A stretch of DNA of 20,000 nt, from the IMG/VR virus record IMGVR_UViG_3300010299_003477; one strand, written 5' to 3'. The notes under the pieces were generated by a model. That model was given only the letters and a program-made list of their open reading frames with translations, ran no database searches and was not told the origin of the DNA. Below are positions 17,011 to 20,000 of this stretch, piece after piece (position 1 is the stretch's first letter; the number at the start of each line of letters is the position of its first letter). Position numbers and translations under genes: made by a program. The DNA is from an uncultured virus (IMG/VR IMGVR_UViG_3300010299_003477) (Duplodnaviria > Heunggongvirae > Uroviricota > Caudoviricetes).

Positions 17011-17943
17011 TTATCCTTTTAAAACTTCCATAAACTGCTCGTATGCTGTGCCACTGCTATCAGATTCAAACCTTTCTTGTAATTCTGGTGGTAGCGATGA
17101 GCACTCTATGAGGGAGAGGCTCGTCAGGTTCGTGCAGCCCTTCAACCCATCTACGTTCTGCAGCGAATTGCAGAAGCCGAGGTTGAGGTACATCAGGTTC
17201 GTGCATTCCTTTAGCCCGTCTACGTTCTCCAGCGACTCGCAGAAGCTGAGGTAGAGGTACATCAGGTTCGTGCATTCCTTTAGCCCGTCCACGTTCTGCA
17301 GCGACTTGCACCTGTTGAGGTTGAGCCAATTCAAGTTCGTACAGCCCGCCAGCCCGTCTACGTTCTGCAGCAACTCGCATTTGTAGAGGTTGAGGTCCGT
17401 CAGGTTCGTGAGTCCTTGGAGCCCGTCTACGTTCTCCAGCGACGTGCACCCGTTGAGTTTGAGGCTCGTCAGGTTCTTGCAAAACCTTAAAAAATCAACG
17501 TTTGTGATAAAATCATTTGCAATATTAAGTCTCTCAATCTGATCAAGCATATTTTTAACACGATCAGATTTTTCAGCAAAATAGTTTAAAATCATCCCAA
17601 GTTGTTGCGGAACAATTTCTTGCGGAAGATCAAATCCTTGTGTAGTTATTGAATTACTTTTTGAGTCGAAAACGAAATGACTTGCAATTGTATCGATGAG
17701 TTGTTGATATTCGAGTTGTGAAAATCCAGGTTGTGGATCTTCAAGGGCGTCAAGAATTGAAAGACCTTGCTGTACATTAGCAGAATCATCTGAAATTAGA
17801 AGCTTGATTATTTTTTGTGCGTAAGTAAGTTCTTCTTCTTCGTAATCATAATCATCATAATCATCATATTCGTCTTGTTCAACAAGAAGCTTAACAACTT
17901 CTTCTTTGATTATTTGCTTTAGTTTAGTTTTGGTGATTTTCAT
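17011..17943 (-). CDS. Leucine-rich repeat protein (5 full + 1 hybrid unit) with MKITK leader
   Basis: Same leader and C-cap as paralogues but a different N-terminal domain; GC-rich cassette ~17095-17480. Confidence 0.92.
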   Translation of the reverse strand: MKITKTKLKQIIKEEVVKLLVEQDEYDDYDDYDYEEEELTYAQKIIKLLISDDSANVQQGLSILDALEDPQPGFSQLEYQQLIDTIASHFVFDSKSNSITTQGFDLPQEIVPQQLGMILNYFAEKSDRVKNMLDQIERLNIANDFITNVDFLRFCKNLTSLKLNGCTSLENVDGLQGLTNLTDLNLYKCELLQNVDGLAGCTNLNWLNLNRCKSLQNVDGLKECTNLMYLYLSFCESLENVDGLKECTNLMYLNLGFCNSLQNVDGLKGCTNLTSLSLIECSSLPPELQERFESDSSGTAYEQFMEVLKG

Positions 17944-18890
17944 GGTTGGTTTCCTTTAGATGCATTTAAAGCTTTCATAAACTGTTCGTATGCTGTGCCG
18001 CTGCTATCAGTTCCAAAATATTTTTGCAATTTTATTGGCAGCGACTTGCACCCTTCGAGGCTGAGGCTTATCAGATTCGTGCAGTCCTCCAGACCGTCTA
18101 CGTTCTGCAACGACTCGCACCTGTAGAGGTCGAGTTCCGTCAGGTTCGTGCATTCCTTTAACCCGTCTACGTTCTCCAGCGACTCGCACCCTTCGAGGGT
18201 GAGGTGCGTCAGGTTCGTGCATTCCTTTAGCCCGTCTACGTTCTGCAGCGACTTGCACCCTTGGAGGTCGAGGGTCGTCAGACTCGCACAGCCCCCCAGC
18301 CCATCTACGTTCTGCAGCTTATCGCACCCGTTGAGATAGAGGGTCGTCAGGTTCGAGCAGCCCTTCAGCGCGTCTACGTTCTCCAGCGACTTACATTCAC
18401 TGAGGTCGAGCCACGTCAGGTTCGTAAGCCCCTCCAGCCCGTCTACGTTCTCCAGCGAGTTGCAGAAGCCGAGGTCGAGCCTCCACAGGTTCGTAAGCCC
18501 CTGGAGTCCGTCCACGTTCTGCAGTGATTTGCACCCTTCGAGGATGATTTTTTCTGTAACGTTTAGAACACTTAAGCCCGACAAGAAATTAACGTTTTGT
18601 ATGTCTGGCGACCTTGCAAACTGATCAATCACTCTTAATTTTTCTAAGATCTGATTATTTCCTGCTGGATCGCTGGCTTCAATATCGTCTTTGAAAAGTA
18701 AATAAACCTCTAATCCTTGTGCAAAAGTGCCAGGATCAGGTGAAGATAGAAGTCTGATTATTTTTTGTGCGTAAGTAAGTTCTTCTTCCTCTTCTTCGTA
18801 ATCATAATCATCATATTCGTCTTGTTCAATAAGAAGCTTAACTACTTCTTCTTTGATGATTTGCTTTAAAGTTGCTTTAGTGATTTTCAT
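17940..18890 (-). CDS. Leucine-rich repeat protein (7 units) with MKITK leader
   Basis: 23-aa LRRs; GC-rich cassette ~18037-18543; ATGA overlaps. Confidence 0.92.
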   Translation of the reverse strand: MKITKATLKQIIKEEVVKLLIEQDEYDDYDYEEEEEELTYAQKIIRLLSSPDPGTFAQGLEVYLLFKDDIEASDPAGNNQILEKLRVIDQFARSPDIQNVNFLSGLSVLNVTEKIILEGCKSLQNVDGLQGLTNLWRLDLGFCNSLENVDGLEGLTNLTWLDLSECKSLENVDALKGCSNLTTLYLNGCDKLQNVDGLGGCASLTTLDLQGCKSLQNVDGLKECTNLTHLTLEGCESLENVDGLKECTNLTELDLYRCESLQNVDGLEDCTNLISLSLEGCKSLPIKLQKYFGTDSSGTAYEQFMKALNASKGNQP

Positions 18891-19786
18891 GGTTGGTTTC
18901 CTTTGGATGCATTTAAAGCTTTCATAAACTGTTCGTATGCTGTGCCGATGTGCTCAAAAGAATGAAAAGATCTTTGCAGTGCTCGCGGCAGCGACTCGCA
19001 CCCGTTGAGGAAGAGGCTCGTCAGATTCGTGCAGCCCTTCAGCGCGTCTACGTTCTGCAGCGACGTGCACCCGCTAAGGTCGAGGCTTTTCAGGTTCGTA
19101 AGCCCCTGGAGCCCGCCTACGTTCTGCAGCGACTCGCATCTGTTGAGGTAGAGGGACGCCAGATTCGTACAGCCCTCCAGCCCGTCTATGTTCTGTAGCG
19201 ACGTGCACCAGCTGAGGTCGAGTTCCGTCAGGTTCGTGCATTCTTTTAGCCCGTCTACGTTCTGCAGCGACTCGCACCCGCTGAGGTGGAGCCAATCCAG
19301 ATTCATAAGCCCCTGGAGCCCGTCTACGTTCTGCAGCGAATCGCACCTGCTGAGGTCGAGTTCCGTCAGGTTCGTGAGCCTTTGGGGCTCGTCTACGTTC
19401 TGGAACCCGTCTACGTTCTTCAGCGACTCGCACCCGCTGAGGTCTATTTCTTCTGTGACGTTTAGATCACTTAAGACTGACAAGGAACCAACGTCTGGTA
19501 TATCTGACCCTGCAAACTGATCAATCACTCTTAGCTTTTCTAAGATTTGGCTATTTTCTGTTTGAGCGTTAGCTTCAATATCGTCTTTGACCAAAGAATA
19601 AATCTCTACTCCTTGTGCAAAAGTGTCAGGATCTTTTGAAGATAGAAATCTGATTATTTTTTGTGCCGGCGTAAGTTCTTCTTCTTCGTAATCATAATCA
19701 TCATAATCATATTCGTCTTGCTCAACAAGAAGCTTAACAACTTCTTCTTTGATTATTTGCTTTAAAGTTGATTTGGTTATTTTCAT
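18887..19786 (-). CDS. Leucine-rich repeat protein (6 units) with MKITK leader
   Basis: 23-aa LRRs, first with a 6-aa insertion; GC-rich cassette ~18980-19443. Confidence 0.92.
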   Translation of the reverse strand: MKITKSTLKQIIKEEVVKLLVEQDEYDYDDYDYEEEELTPAQKIIRFLSSKDPDTFAQGVEIYSLVKDDIEANAQTENSQILEKLRVIDQFAGSDIPDVGSLSVLSDLNVTEEIDLSGCESLKNVDGFQNVDEPQRLTNLTELDLSRCDSLQNVDGLQGLMNLDWLHLSGCESLQNVDGLKECTNLTELDLSWCTSLQNIDGLEGCTNLASLYLNRCESLQNVGGLQGLTNLKSLDLSGCTSLQNVDALKGCTNLTSLFLNGCESLPRALQRSFHSFEHIGTAYEQFMKALNASKGNQP

Positions 19787-20000
19787 AATGAGTTCCTTTT
19801 AGATGCTTTTAGGGCTTCCATAAACTTCTCGTGTGCTGTGCCACTGCTATCAGTTGCAAAATATTCTTGCAATTCTGGTGGCAGCGACGAACACCAGCTG
19901 AGTTCGAGAATCGTGAGCTTTGTAAGCCCCTGGAGTGCATCTACGTTCTGCAGCGACTCGCAACCGGCGAGGTTCAGGGTCGTCAGGTTCGTAAGCCCTT
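19783..20000 (-). CDS. Leucine-rich repeat protein, C-terminal part (5' end outside window)
   Basis: Absent from ORF track; hand translation ...GLTNLTTLNLAGCESLQNVDALQGLTKLTILELSWCSSLPPELQEYFATDSSGTAHEKFMEALKASKRNSL*; ATGA overlap with next gene. Confidence 0.9.
   Translation of the reverse strand, partial: GLTNLTTLNLAGCESLQNVDALQGLTKLTILELSWCSSLPPELQEYFATDSSGTAHEKFMEALKASKRNSL

Noticed and set aside
15322..19520. Alternative-frame and antisense ORFs over LRR cores (e.g. 15322-15672, 17066-17482, 19074-19433, 19188-19520)
   Set aside because: Shadow ORFs caused by stop-poor GC-rich repeats; no SD or independent signal.
15176..20000. CRISPR-like periodicity (conserved ~22-nt core every 69 nt) with a Cas4-like gene in the window
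   Set aside because: Period is exactly 23 codons, the 'spacers' are homologous to each other, and the whole is an open LRR frame; the nuclease is 12 kb away with no other cas genes.
15176..20000. Diversity-generating retroelement: many variable codons are NNC (AAC/GAC/TAC/TTC/CAC/ACC/TCC)
   Set aside because: High GC3 alone explains NNC, differences also occur at non-A positions, and no reverse transcriptase or template repeat is in the window. Worth a genome-wide RT/TR search, but unsupported here.
1..20000. Eukaryotic giant virus origin (LRR/FNIP-like arrays) or alternative genetic code
   Set aside because: SD sites, sigma70-like promoters and overlapping operons indicate a bacteriophage; genes tile densely in code 11 with TAA/TGA stops and I saw no interrupted ORFs.

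Overview
Segment of a large AT-rich tailed-phage (T4-like/jumbo-type) genome; this is inferred from gene content, Shine-Dalgarno sites, ATGA/TAATG gene overlaps and sigma70-like promoters. All credible genes are on the minus strand. Left part (1-7.4 kb): two GT4-type glycosyltransferases, a Cas4/RecB-like PD-(D/E)XK nuclease, a zincin, PIN-PhoH, tRNA-Pro(TGG) and tRNA-Ala(TGC), an HNH nuclease, an ADP-ribosyltransferase-like protein and a Fis-like HTH protein. Middle (7.4-15 kb): acidic hypotheticals, a HIGH-motif nucleotidyltransferase, a second zincin with a probable nested gene, a VOC protein, virion fibre/decoration-like proteins, a cupin and a PARP-like ART. Right part (15-20 kb), the most striking element: at least five paralogous, translationally coupled LRR genes. 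Each has an AT-rich phage-type leader (MKITKxxLxQIIKEE, resembling a capsid-targeting/prohead-protease signal), a sharply bounded ~60% GC cassette of 69-bp/23-aa LRR units that vary at the concave-face positions and are shuffled between paralogues, and an AT-rich C-cap. This is a candidate virion-packaged, recombination-diversified LRR effector repertoire. A recurrent ACTATTTA motif upstream of starts, twice inside an RBS-sequestering hairpin, suggests a late-promoter system. No database searches were run; functional calls rest on motifs read by eye.
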